A stretch of 59,585 nucleotides of DNA, filler included, from 9 parts of 9 records of this genome joined end to end with filler, not necessarily neighbours in it, one strand, 5' to 3'. Positions 40,536 through 50,786 are shown, counted from the first letter of the whole stretch. Program-made: numbers and translations. Notes: generated by a model from the letters alone, not told the origin.

Positions 40536-41789
40536 ATGAACGTGCCCTCGAAACTGACGTTGCTCCGGGTCTTCCTGCCCTTTGCTGCTGGCTACTTCGT
40601 CTCCTACCTGTTCCGGACGGTGAATGCGGTGCTCGCGCCGGACCTTGCCGTCGATATCGGTGTCGGGCCGTCCGCGCTCGGCCTGCTGACCTCGGTCTAC
40701 TTCATCTCCTTTGCCTCCTTTCAGTTGCCGCTTGGGATCCTGCTGGACCGCTACGGTCCGCGCCGGACCGAGGCAGTGCTGCTGATGTTCGCCGGCCTGG
40801 GCGCCTTCATCTTCTGCATCTCGCAGAGCATTACCGGGCTGCTGATTGGCCGGGCGCTGATCGGGTTCGGTGTCTCGGCGTGTCTGATGGCCTCGTTCAA
40901 GGCATACTCGGTGTGGTTTAGCCGGGAGAAGTGGCCGGTTATCAACGGATTCCAGATGGCCAGCGGCGGGCTCGGTGCACTCGTTGCGACGTCACCGGTC
41001 GAGATGCTTGCAGGCACCTTCGGCTGGCGGATGGTGTTTGTCGTGCTGACCGCGCTGTGCGTGATCGTCGGCGTGCTCGTGTTTACCGTGGTGCCGGAAA
41101 AGGAGACGGGGCGGTCCACGGAGTCGCTCGGCACGCAGCTGCGCGGTATCGGGGAGGTGTTCACCAGCCCCAGGTTCTGGCGCATCGCGCCCCTGGTGGC
41201 GCTGTCCCAGTCGACCTTCCTGGCTGTGCAGGGCCTCTGGGTCGGGCCGTGGCTGCGGGATGTGGTCGGCCTCTCACGTGGCGACGCGGCGGACCTGCTG
41301 TTCTGGATCGCGGTATCGATGATCTGCGGTTGGATCGTGCTCGGGTTCGTCACCGAACAACTCGCCCGGCGTGGGATATCGGTCGGCGCGACGGCGATGG
41401 GCTGCATGGCCCTGTTCATGGTGATGCAGATAATTACGCTGGTCGCCCCGTATACCTGGGCGTACCCGGTGTGGCTGGCCTACGGATTTCTCGGCACGTC
41501 GGGCATTATCGCGTATGCGGCGCTGACGCAACAGTTCGATCTGCGCCTCTCCGGCCGGGTAACCACAGGAGTAAACCTGCTCGCTTTCGTGGCGGCATTC
41601 TCCGCCCAGTGGATCATAGGGATAATAATAGAGTTATGGCCGATAGCACAAGACGGCTCCTACCACAAGACGGGCTTCATCTACGGCTTCGGCCTGATGA
41701 TCACCCTCCAAGCCCTGGCCCTCCTTTGGTATCTCCTCGCCCCCCCCAAAAAAACGGGGTCACAAATGGGGTCAGGTCTTGCATTATAA
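40536..41789 (+). CDS. MFS transporter
   Basis: Motif A GILLDRYGPRR, GRALIGFG, about 12 TM helices. Confidence 0.92.
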   Translation: MNVPSKLTLLRVFLPFAAGYFVSYLFRTVNAVLAPDLAVDIGVGPSALGLLTSVYFISFASFQLPLGILLDRYGPRRTEAVLLMFAGLGAFIFCISQSITGLLIGRALIGFGVSACLMASFKAYSVWFSREKWPVINGFQMASGGLGALVATSPVEMLAGTFGWRMVFVVLTALCVIVGVLVFTVVPEKETGRSTESLGTQLRGIGEVFTSPRFWRIAPLVALSQSTFLAVQGLWVGPWLRDVVGLSRGDAADLLFWIAVSMICGWIVLGFVTEQLARRGISVGATAMGCMALFMVMQIITLVAPYTWAYPVWLAYGFLGTSGIIAYAALTQQFDLRLSGRVTTGVNLLAFVAAFSAQWIIGIIIELWPIAQDGSYHKTGFIYGFGLMITLQALALLWYLLAPPKKTGSQMGSGLAL

Positions 41790-42031
41790 GATTATGATGG
41801 TACTGGAATTGTAGATTTATAATAAAAAATCTATTTTATTAAATAGATAGAAGTGATGGTTATGATGTTTTTGTTTTCTTCGAGAGAAAAGAGACAACAA
41901 TTGATGAAAATATTATTATTTCTAATGATATAAACCGTATATATGTTTTTTGACGGGGTTTGCAGGTGGAAATGTGTCAATGCAAGACCTGACCCCAGTT
42001 GCAGAACCTTATAATGCAAGACCTGACCCCA
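41767..42031. repeat. 265-bp element bounded by perfect 24-bp inverted repeats, with an internal 19-bp extra copy and an AT-rich core
   Basis: TGGGGTCAGGTCTTGCATTATAAG (41767-41790) is the reverse complement of 42008-42031; extra copy at 41979-41997. Confidence 0.85.
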
Positions 42032-42056
42032 GGGATGGGGGATGAGGAGTTTGATA

Positions 42057-42902
42057 ATGACACGTGTGTTTACCGGATCTTCTAATTATGTTCTGGACGA
42101 GGAGCTTGCCAAGATCGTCAATATTTCCATGATACTGGAGATGCCTCTGCTGCTCAAGGGGGAGCCCGGCACCGGTAAGACCATGCTCGCGCATGCGGTC
42201 AGCGGCAGCCTTGGCATGGAGCTTATCGTATTGAACGTGAAGTCGAGCATGAAGCTGGTCGAGGCGCTGTATCAATACGATACGCTGACCAGGCTCAACG
42301 ACAGCCGGTTCGGCGACTCGAACCGAAATGTTGCCGACATCAACGAGTATATCCGGATGGGCAAGATCGGCCAGGCATTCACCTCCGAGAAGCGGTGTGT
42401 GCTGCTGATCGACGAGATCGACAAGGCCGACAGCGATTTCCAGGACGACATGCTCGACGTGCTCGACCAGATGCAGTTCGATATTATCGAAACCGACGCT
42501 GTCATCAGTGCCCGCACGCGACCGGTGATCATCATCACGTCGAATGCTAAAAAGGATCTCTCCGACCCGTTTCTCGGGCGCTGCAATTTTCATCATATCG
42601 CCTTTCCAGACCCGGATATGATGCGGCAGATCGTCGCGGCCCATTTCCCGGACATCTCGAAGGCGCTTGCGAAAAACGCGATCAGCCTCTTCTACGAGCT
42701 GCGCTCCATCGACGCGATCGAGAAGAAGCCGGCGACCCGGGAGCTGATCAACTGGATCAGGGCGCTGCTGGCGGACCCCGACTTCAGCGCCGGTAAACGG
42801 CTCAATCGTGAGATCCCGTACCTCGGCGTCCTGTTCAAGAAGAGCGAGGACTACCAGAAGACCCTCGGGTTCGTCAAGAAACGGGGCTTCTTCAAGAACT
42901 AA
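42057..42902 (+). CDS. MoxR-family AAA+ ATPase
   Basis: GAGGAG RBS; Walker A GEPGTGKT, YQYDTLTRLNDS, Walker B LLIDEIDKAD, ITSN, KKPATRELINW. Confidence 0.9.
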   Translation: MTRVFTGSSNYVLDEELAKIVNISMILEMPLLLKGEPGTGKTMLAHAVSGSLGMELIVLNVKSSMKLVEALYQYDTLTRLNDSRFGDSNRNVADINEYIRMGKIGQAFTSEKRCVLLIDEIDKADSDFQDDMLDVLDQMQFDIIETDAVISARTRPVIIITSNAKKDLSDPFLGRCNFHHIAFPDPDMMRQIVAAHFPDISKALAKNAISLFYELRSIDAIEKKPATRELINWIRALLADPDFSAGKRLNREIPYLGVLFKKSEDYQKTLGFVKKRGFFKN

Positions 42903-42912
42903 CCGGCCGGAC

Positions 42913-44103
42913 ATGTTCATCTCCTTCTTCTACAGCCTCAAAGAAGCCGGAATCCCGGTGAGTCCGACCTCGTTTCTGACTCTGCAGCGTGCGTTCGGAC
43001 GGGGGCTGGTCAACTCCGTTGAGGACCTCTACGTCGCGGGCCGCGCGATCCTCGTGAAGAGCGAGAGGTATTTCGACCGCTACGACCAGGTGTTCGGGCA
43101 CGTGTTTCACGGCACCGATCTACCCGATTTCGAGGACGAGGATTTTGAATTCTGGGCCAATGAGATGCTCGATGATTGGCTCAAGGACCCGATCAAGGCC
43201 GCTGCAGAACTGGGCGTCAATGTAGACGAGCTGCAGGGCAAGAGCCCTGACGAGCTGCTGGAATATTTCAAGGACCGACTGCGCGAGCAGAAGAGCAGAC
43301 ACGACGGCGGTTCCAAATGGATCGGAACCGGCGGGACTTCCCCGGTGGGTCATTCCGGCTCCCACCCGGGCGGGATGCGGGTCGGCGGTGAGTCGCGCAG
43401 CAAGAGTGCGGTGCAGGTGGCGTCAGAGCGGCGCTATCGCGATTATTCCACCGACCGGCTGCTGACCAGCGCCACGATCGGCGAGGCGCTGAAACGGCTT
43501 CGCAACATGGTCCCGACGGGGCCGCGGGACCGGCTCAACGTTGATGAGTCTATTTACCAGACGATGAAAAACGGCGGCGAGATCCAGATCGTTTTTGACC
43601 GCGCGATCGTCGACCGCCTGAAGGTGATCCTGGCCATTGACAACGGCGGCTGGTCGATGGACCCGCACGTACACCTCGTGCAGACCCTGTTCACCTACGC
43701 GCAATCCCAGTTCAAGGATGTCAAGACCTACTATTTCCATAACACGATCTACGACACGTTGTGGGAGGACCCGGCCCGGTACCGGAAACCGGTGTCGATC
43801 GACACGTTCAGCGGCTTCGACCCCGAGACGCGGCTCATCGTCGTCGGCGACGCGTCGATGGCCCCCTATGAGCTGATGGTTGCGGACGGCTCGATCCACG
43901 CGTTCAAAAAAAGCGGCAGGCCGAGCATCGAGCGGCTTGAGTTCCTGAGATCCACCTTCGCCCACTCGGTATGGCTGAACCCCGTTGCAAAACCCTACTG
44001 GCCCTACACCAGAACGATCGGGATGATCGCGGGTATCTTCGAGATGTTCGATCTCTCCCTGGACGGGCTCGACAAAGCGGTGGCGAACCTGATGGCCGGA
44101 TAA
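42913..44103 (+). CDS. VWA (CoxE-like) domain protein, MoxR partner
   Basis: HDGGSKWIGTGGTSP, DNGGWSMDPH, YYFHN, VGDASMAPYEL, WLNP; ATG at 42913. Confidence 0.88.
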   Translation: MFISFFYSLKEAGIPVSPTSFLTLQRAFGRGLVNSVEDLYVAGRAILVKSERYFDRYDQVFGHVFHGTDLPDFEDEDFEFWANEMLDDWLKDPIKAAAELGVNVDELQGKSPDELLEYFKDRLREQKSRHDGGSKWIGTGGTSPVGHSGSHPGGMRVGGESRSKSAVQVASERRYRDYSTDRLLTSATIGEALKRLRNMVPTGPRDRLNVDESIYQTMKNGGEIQIVFDRAIVDRLKVILAIDNGGWSMDPHVHLVQTLFTYAQSQFKDVKTYYFHNTIYDTLWEDPARYRKPVSIDTFSGFDPETRLIVVGDASMAPYELMVADGSIHAFKKSGRPSIERLEFLRSTFAHSVWLNPVAKPYWPYTRTIGMIAGIFEMFDLSLDGLDKAVANLMAG

Positions 44104-44190
44104 TCCCCGAAAAGCACTTGCCCGGTTACCGGGTATCGACTAAATTGGATACAGGCCTGAACAATCCCTTCCCCATTTTCCGGAGCACAT

Positions 44191-44928
44191 ATGAAGATTG
44201 AAATCGATCGAATCGCAGTCGATGAAACCTCCCGCATTCGCCAGGATATCGGTGATCTCTCCGATCTGCAGCAGTCGATCGCTGAGGTCGGGCTGATCAA
44301 TCCAATCCTGGTGGACGAGCAGGATCGGCTCATTGCCGGATATCGGCGCCTGTCCGCGTGCAGAAATCTTGGCTGGAAGGAGATCGAGGTCAATGTCGTA
44401 GAGCTTGAGGACGACGAGCTGAAGATGCTCGAGGCCGAGGCCGCCGAGAACATGTTCCGCAAGGATTTTACGCCTGAAGAGATCCTCGCGATCCAGAAGC
44501 GGCGTGAGGAGATCGAAGAGGCGCGTCGCCCCAAGGGTCTGTTCGAGCGTTTCTGGATCTGGCTCAGGGCACTGTTCGCATCCAAACCGGATGCTGAAGC
44601 CGGGGGCCAAGCCGGCAGCGCCCCCGCTGCTCAGAAGGCAGCGGCCCCACCGACCGAACCTGCTGAACCAGATTCCGCCGATCAGGCCGATGCCGTGCAA
44701 TCCGCCGAAGAAACGCCTGCTACGGGAACGCCTGCAACGGAAACGGTAGATGAGGAGACGCCGGAGAAGCCGGAGAAGCCGGCCTCCGGTAATGACGCAT
44801 TATCAGGCGAGGAAGTCGAATCCCGCGCCGAACCGCAAAAGGCTGCAGCAGACGCGCACATCCCGAAGCAGCCGTCGTCCGCCGAGATCGTCGAGGAGAA
44901 CGGCGTTCGCCACATTAAATGGCGTTGA
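44191..44928 (+). CDS. ParB/Srx N-terminal domain protein with an amphipathic helix and an acidic disordered tail
   Basis: SIAEVGLINPILV, LIAGYRRL, ENMFRKDFTPEE; then KGLFERFWIWLRALF and an Ala/Glu/Pro-rich tail. Confidence 0.82.
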   Translation: MKIEIDRIAVDETSRIRQDIGDLSDLQQSIAEVGLINPILVDEQDRLIAGYRRLSACRNLGWKEIEVNVVELEDDELKMLEAEAAENMFRKDFTPEEILAIQKRREEIEEARRPKGLFERFWIWLRALFASKPDAEAGGQAGSAPAAQKAAAPPTEPAEPDSADQADAVQSAEETPATGTPATETVDEETPEKPEKPASGNDALSGEEVESRAEPQKAAADAHIPKQPSSAEIVEENGVRHIKWR

Positions 44929-45063
44929 AGCCATACGCCGCCGATCATCGTCTCATATTGTCGTAACCTGCAGGCGTAATCAATACCCGAAGTGCATCTA
45001 CCCTATAGGGCCAGCTGGTTCGCCAGGTCGGTACCATCCCGTCAATTCACAGTCCAAATTCAC

Positions 45064-45118
45064 CAAGACCTGCCCTCAGGCTAAATAGGAAAAATGCATT
45101 AACGCAAGACCTGACCCC
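45064..45118. repeat. Further copies of the GCAAGACCTGACCCC repeat
   Basis: GCAAGACCTGACCCC at 45104-45118 and degenerate CAAGACCTGCCCTC at 45064-45077. Confidence 0.7.
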
Positions 45119-46523
45119 GCGTAATTTCTATTACCGACATGGTTTCCCATTTTCCCCTGTGGTAGCGGATACCCGTGAACAGGAACAGGGAGAGCACGAA
45201 GGCCAGCACGCAGCCCCACGCGTAGTAGACACCCCGGTCGAACAGCTCTATCCCGACGAAGAGCGGCAGCAGGAAGCAGCAGGTTGACGCGGTGAGCAGA
45301 CAGAGCATCAGGTAGCGGGTGTCGCCCGCGCCCTTGAGCACGCCCGCGAACACCATGTAGAGTGCGTCGAGGAACAGGTAGCAGGCCATGATGCGCATGA
45401 TGATCACCGCCTTGTCGAATACCGGGGTCCACGCCACAGGGTCGGCTCCTGCCGGGATGAAGATGGTGATGATGAGTTCCGGGAAGCAGATGAACACCAG
45501 GTCGATCACCGCGATGTAGAGAAGCAGCAGGTGAGCCGCACTCAGCGTCGCGCGGCGGGCCTGGAGCGGCTGCCTCCGGCCCAGCGCCTGGCCGACGAGG
45601 ATGCCGACACCCTGCGACGTCCCGAACGACGGCATGAACGCGATCGAGCTGATGGAGAGCGCGATGTTGGTTGCGGCCAGGTCCGCGACGCCGAGCCTGC
45701 CCACCAGCATGATGAAGATCACGAACGCCGCCACGTCGAGGCAGAGCTGCATCGAGCCGGGAATTCCGTAGTGCAGCAGGCGCCGGAACAGGTCTATCTC
45801 GAACCGCCGGTTGGATCGAACCCGAAACAGCTGCTCGTGCCTGCGGGTGAATATCAGCAGCACCAGGATCACACAGATCGAGAAGCTTGATGAAACCGTC
45901 GCGATGCCGGCCCCGGTAATGCCCAGTTCCGGGAAGATCCACCACCCGTAGATGAGCGCGTAGTCAAGGGGGATATTGATGAGCATCCCGATGATGTTGA
46001 CGATCATCACCGGCCGTGTCAGCCCCCGTCCGCTGAAGAACGACGATAGCGTCTGGTCCGCCACGTAGCAGACGCCCCCGCTGCAGAGAATCGTGAAGTA
46101 GCGGATCTCGAGCTCCCTGATTCGTTCCGCGTGCCCGGCCAGTGTGAATATCGGCTCGGCCAGAAACTGCGCGATCAGGAGCAGGATGATCCCGGCGATG
46201 AGCGTGAAGTAGATGCCCTGCCAGAGCATCGTGCCGATCCGGTCGTGCCGCCCGGCCCCCACGTACTGCGCGATGAACACCCCGCAATAGGTGCCCACTC
46301 CCCCGAAGAACACGAGGAAGACGAAGGCGGTGCCGCTTGCGGGGCTGGCCGCCGAAATCGCCTCGATACTGTAGTTCGACAGGAACACGCGGTCGGTGAA
46401 CTCCATCACCGTGACGGCGGAGATGCCCATTACCAGAGGCAGACATACCGCGAGTACTTCACGGTAGCGCTGGTTGGTCCGCCACGAGGCGAAAAAGGAT
46501 GGGCTGGGGTGGTGGGGTGTCAT
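45099..46523 (-). CDS. MATE-family efflux transporter
   Basis: MEFTDRVFL, NIPLDYALIYG..PELGITGAGIAT, LVGQALG, GVLKGAGDT. Confidence 0.92.
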   Translation of the reverse strand: MTPHHPSPSFFASWRTNQRYREVLAVCLPLVMGISAVTVMEFTDRVFLSNYSIEAISAASPASGTAFVFLVFFGGVGTYCGVFIAQYVGAGRHDRIGTMLWQGIYFTLIAGIILLLIAQFLAEPIFTLAGHAERIRELEIRYFTILCSGGVCYVADQTLSSFFSGRGLTRPVMIVNIIGMLINIPLDYALIYGWWIFPELGITGAGIATVSSSFSICVILVLLIFTRRHEQLFRVRSNRRFEIDLFRRLLHYGIPGSMQLCLDVAAFVIFIMLVGRLGVADLAATNIALSISSIAFMPSFGTSQGVGILVGQALGRRQPLQARRATLSAAHLLLLYIAVIDLVFICFPELIITIFIPAGADPVAWTPVFDKAVIIMRIMACYLFLDALYMVFAGVLKGAGDTRYLMLCLLTASTCCFLLPLFVGIELFDRGVYYAWGCVLAFVLSLFLFTGIRYHRGKWETMSVIEITRGQVLR

Positions 46524-46785
46524 GGTGGTATTGTTCTTGCCGGTTGAGCGTGTATGTCTGAAAAATCACAAAAGGACGCTACCCATACTACGAATCGAAA
46601 TACACGTAAACATGAAAGCGTCCGCCCGTCTTCTTAAATCTTTGCTATTATCTGAAGACCCAAGTAGAATTTTGTCTTTTGGTTTACCGGGGGTATTGGT
46701 TTCGGGGACAGAATGATTGGTAAGCCCCCTTGGTGCCAGTATCCCTGGCAGTTATTGGATACAGCTGGAGGATATCACGTCGGTC

Positions 46786-46983
46786 ATGCCGGTGTTCGAG
46801 TACGAGGCACTTTCCCCTGAAGGGTCGAAAATCACGGGGGTCATGGATGGCGAGAGTGAGACGGCAGTCCGCGCGAAGCTGCGCGGTGACGGGAACTATC
46901 CGGTAGCGGTTAAGCGAAGCGCTTCTGGCCGGGGTGGAACCGGTCACACCGCCTGGTTCCGGTTTTCCCGCATCAGGCCGGGG
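46786..46983 (+). CDS. Type II secretion F / PilC-family protein, N-terminal fragment
   Basis: MPVFEYEAL..G..ITGVMDGESE..VRAKLR..G.YPV is the typical GspF/PilC N-terminus. Confidence 0.7.
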
Positions 46984-47083
46984 NNNNNNNNNNNNNNNNN
47001 NNNNNNNNNNNNNNNNNNNNNNNNNNNTTAATTAATTAANNNNNNNNNNNNNNNNNNNNNNNNNNNNNNNNNNNNNNNNNNNN
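46984..47083. other. Artificial contig spacer
   Basis: N44-TTAATTAATTAA-N44. Confidence 0.98.
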
Positions 47084-47084
47084 A

Positions 47085-48300
47085 CATATGCAGCAGCAAG
47101 AGGAAATAAAGAGAACTGAACAGTTTATAGAGCGTTTCAGATATAAGGATTCAAAAGCTAAGCAAGTGCAAAGCAGAATAATAAAGCTTGAAAAAATGGA
47201 AATCATTGAACTGCCTGAAAATCTGAAAAAAATCAGCTTTAATTTTCCGCCTTGCCAACATTCGGGAAAACAGATTGTACAACTGGAAAACATTTCTAAA
47301 TCCTATGGATCATTAAAGGTAATAGATAATCTTTCTCTAACAATTAGAAAAGGAGACAGATTAGCCGTTACAGGGAAGAACGGCATTGGAAAAACCACTC
47401 TTCTACGAACAATTTGCGGCGATGATACGCACTACTCCGGTAATCTCAACTATGGAACAGGACTTTCAATTGGTTACTTTGCACAGGATTCAGAAAAACT
47501 GCTGATTGATAATCTTTCTGTATATGATGAAATAGAAAAAGAGTGTCACATCTCTGATCCCAAACCTGCGATCATATCTTGGAGCTTTTTTATTCAGAAA
47601 CGATGACATTTTTAAAAAGATTGAATATCTCAGCGGTGGAGAAAAAAGCAGACTTTCTCTTTTAAAACTGCTGCTACAGCCGCATAATGTCCTTATCCTG
47701 GATGAACCCACAAACCATCTTGACATAGGAGCCAAAGATGTACTGCTCGAAGCACTCACAAAATTTCAGGGAACTCTTATATTTGTTTCTCACGACAGCT
47801 ACTTCATCAGAAAATTAGCAAATCGAATCCTTTATATTACCGAAGACGGGAATGAACTATTTGAAGGAGATTATGAGTATTTTTCGTGGGCAATCGAATC
47901 ACGCAAACAAAACAGTCATGAGTCCACTCTCGAAAAAAACATCTTATCTGGAGGTGTTAACACTCTATCAGACAAATCTAGTGTTTCTGGACAAGCAGCA
48001 ACTGATACGGATGAAATAACTGGTGAACTTGATTGGAAAAGTAGAAATACTTTAAGAAGCAAACTGAAAACATTACAGAAAGATGAAGAAAAAATACTAA
48101 ACGAAATAGCTCAATTAGAAACAGATATCGATACAGTCCAAACGGAAATGTCAAAACCTGAGAATTATCAGGAAGGTGACAAAATGAAACATCTATCTGA
48201 AACTCTTAAAATAACTCAAGAACAACTGCAGATGAAAACCATAGCATGGGAAGAAAAAATAGTAGATATTGAGCAGTTATTGGAAAAATTGGGAGAATGA
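47085..48300 (+). CDS. ABC-F family ATPase, 5'-truncated, with an apparent frameshift near 47547
   Basis: FIERFRYKDSKAKQVQSR, GKNGIGKTT; after the frame change LRSYLGAFLF, LSGGEKSRL, LDEPTNHLD, FVSHD and a coiled-coil tail to TGA at 48298-48300. Confidence 0.88.
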
Positions 48301-48875
48301 GAGTGCTGAATTCCAACTTGATTCTTGCTTCACGATCTCCCGCACGCAAAGCATTACTTCAGCAGCTAGGTTATTCTGTTTCCATAGTATATGCGGATAT
48401 CGATGAATCCTCATCTGAAAAAGATCCATGCAAAAGAGTCATTGAAATTGCCAGTCGTAAAATGACAGCAGTGAAAAACTCTGATTCCTGTTCTCACTCC
48501 CCCATACTCACTGCAGATACACTGCTCTATATGCATAAAAAATTCGTTGGAAAGCCTTCAAATGTTAAGGAAGCAGAACATATGCTGCATGAACTTTCAG
48601 GGACAACTCATGAAGTAGTTTCAGGATATGTACTTTTTTTCCCACATATTTCGGAAACGTATACTGGGTGTGATTCCGCCACGGTTAAGTTTCACCATTT
48701 ATCAGAACTTGATATACACCAATATCTGGACACAAAAGAGTGGATCGGAGCTGCCGGGGGATACCGTATTCAGAGCAGAGGATTATCGTTAATTTCTTCA
48801 ATTAAAGGAAGTTATTTTACTATAATGGGCTTGCCAATACATGATATTTCTGGCATATTACGTGAACAGGGCTGA
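48297..48875 (+). CDS. maf: Maf-family nucleotide pyrophosphatase
   Basis: LILASRSPAR, ADT, GKP, LSGTTHEV, AGGYRIQ, IMGLP. Confidence 0.92.
   Translation: MRVLNSNLILASRSPARKALLQQLGYSVSIVYADIDESSSEKDPCKRVIEIASRKMTAVKNSDSCSHSPILTADTLLYMHKKFVGKPSNVKEAEHMLHELSGTTHEVVSGYVLFFPHISETYTGCDSATVKFHHLSELDIHQYLDTKEWIGAAGGYRIQSRGLSLISSIKGSYFTIMGLPIHDISGILREQG
48831..48859 (+). promoter_or_regulatory. Candidate sigma70 promoter of rpsB-tsf, inside the maf 3' end
   Basis: TTGCCA-17 nt-CATATT with TG at the extended -10 position. Confidence 0.5.
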
Positions 48876-48961
48876 TATGCCCTGAATCTCCACCGTAAGG
48901 TGAGAAATAGTGAAGGCCGATACCGTTATAGTATTACGGTATCAAGTGATTGGAGGACAAT
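48867..48961 (+). promoter_or_regulatory. Structured rpsB 5' leader
   Basis: Hairpins CAGGGC/GCCCTG, TCTCCACC-GTAA-GGTGAGA and GATACCGT/ACGGTATC, then GGAGG. Confidence 0.45.
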
Positions 48962-49879
48962 TTGGCAATTGTAAGCATGAAAAACCTGCTCGAATCAGGT
49001 GTGCATTTTGGTCATCAGACCAAACGATGGAATCCGAAAATGAAAAAATTCATTTTTTCGGAAAGAAACGGAATTCATATTATTGATCTGCAGAAAACTA
49101 CTGTATGCATCAAAGAAGCCTATGATCTTATCAGATCGCAGGTTAAAGATGGTAAATCCATCCTGTTTGTCGGAACTAAGAAACAGGCCCAGCAAGCTAT
49201 CGAGAACGAAGCAAAACGCTGTGGCATGCCCTATGTAAACAACCGCTGGCTGGGCGGAATGCTGACAAACTTTTCAACTATTAAGAAATCTATACACCGT
49301 CTCAAAAAAATTGAAAAAATGGAAATTGACGGTACTTTTGAAAGTCTCACTAAAAAAGAAATCGCTAAACTCAATAGAGAACGCGCAAAACTGGAAAAGA
49401 ATCTTGGCGGTATCAAGGAAATGAAAAACCTCCCAGGAGCTATTTTCATTATTGACACCAGAAAAGAACTCATCGCCGTTGCAGAAGCAAAGCGATTGGG
49501 TATTCCTGTAATTGCTGTTGTTGATACCAACTGCGACCCTACAGATATCGATTATCCCATTCCTGGAAATGATGATGCGATTCGTGCTATCTCACTCTTT
49601 ACAGAAATTATTTCAAATGCAGTTATCGATGCAGATAATGAAATTGGTATCGAAATGATTGAAACAAGTGAAGAAGATGGTGAGGAAGTAACCGAAGAAG
49701 CAAGCGAAGAGACTGAGACAGCAGAAGCAAATGAAACAGAATATACGGAAAAAGATTACGTAGATTTTGAACCGGAAGCTGAAAAAGCTGTTGAAGAAGA
49801 AGCTGCTTCCTCAAAAGAAGAAACACCTGTAGATGAAGCTGCAGCTCTTGTTGACGAAGAAACATTGTATAAAGAATAA
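48962..49879 (+). CDS. rpsB: 30S ribosomal protein S2 (acidic C-terminal extension)
   Basis: GGAGG and TTG start at 48962; [43 protein letters not shown]. Confidence 0.97.
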   Translation: MAIVSMKNLLESGVHFGHQTKRWNPKMKKFIFSERNGIHIIDLQKTTVCIKEAYDLIRSQVKDGKSILFVGTKKQAQQAIENEAKRCGMPYVNNRWLGGMLTNFSTIKKSIHRLKKIEKMEIDGTFESLTKKEIAKLNRERAKLEKNLGGIKEMKNLPGAIFIIDTRKELIAVAEAKRLGIPVIAVVDTNCDPTDIDYPIPGNDDAIRAISLFTEIISNAVIDADNEIGIEMIETSEEDGEEVTEEASEETETAEANETEYTEKDYVDFEPEAEKAVEEEAASSKEETPVDEAAALVDEETLYKE

Positions 49880-49930
49880 CCTGTTAATGGGTTCCAAAAT
49901 TCATTAATTTAATTGTTTAAGGAGAAAATT

Positions 49931-50772
49931 GTGGAAATTAAAGCAGCTGATGTTAAAAAACTCAGAGATATGACAGGTGCCGGTATGATGGAATGCAAAA
50001 AGGCACTTATCGAAACAGAAGGCGACTTTAAACTTGCTGAAAAGAAGCTGAAAGAGCTTGGGCTTGCTGCTGCGGCAAAAGAAGCGGCAGAGCCACTAAC
50101 AATGGACGTGTATTTACGAAAGTGGACTCTTCTAAAGCGGCAATTTTGGAAATCGCATGTGAAACCGACTTTGTTGCCAGAAATAAAGACTTCATCGCAT
50201 TAGGGAAAGAAATGCTTGATGTTGTTTTTGAAAAAAATATTGATGCACCAAATGATGAGCTGAATAATATGGTCAAAGATCTTATCAGTACCATTAAAGA
50301 GAATATGGCACTGAAGAAACTTTCGGTAATTGATGTTGCTGATAATGAACTTGTTGCGGACTATATTCATGGTGAAGGTTCAATTGGTGTAATGGTAAAA
50401 ATTCAAGCTGAAAACGCTGATGCATTGAAACAAGAAGCCGTTAAAGCATTCCTGTTTGATTGTGCACTGCATATTGCAGCTTTCAACCCTGCTTACCTTT
50501 CAAAGGAAAAAGTAGATGCAGATTATATTGCTGAACAGAATGAAATTTTCACAAAACAGGTAGCGGCTCTTGGAAAACCAGCTAACGTTGTGGAAAACAT
50601 TGTGAAAGGTAAAATGAATAAGCATTATTCAGAAATCTGCTTCCTGCAGCAGGGATTTGTAAAAGATGATAAATCAAGTGTAGAGAAAGTACTTAGCAAT
50701 CTCTCTAAAGAAGTTGGATCAACTCTTAAAATTGTTGAATACACATACTTTAAAGTTGGTGTAGAAGAATAA
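49931..50772 (+). CDS. tsf: Elongation factor Ts, with an apparent 1-nt deletion at 50077-50080
   Basis: [19 protein letters not shown]; one extra A restores [14 protein letters not shown] and joins [17 protein letters not shown]. Confidence 0.95.
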
Positions 50773-50786
50773 TTTTCTTATCATTT

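Noticed and set aside
41831..42019. 62-aa minus-strand ORF inside the inverted-repeat element as a transposase fragment
   Set aside because: No HUH or DDE motif is recognisable; it is likely a chance ORF in AT-rich DNA.
41767..42031. Possible mini CRISPR array
   Set aside because: The repeats are partly inverted, only 19-24 nt, irregularly spaced (10 nt and about 190 nt), and no cas genes are present.
50077..50080. Programmed frameshift or pseudogenisation of tsf
   Set aside because: It is a homopolymer one base short in an essential gene, on a contig with another indel; sequencing error is far more likely.
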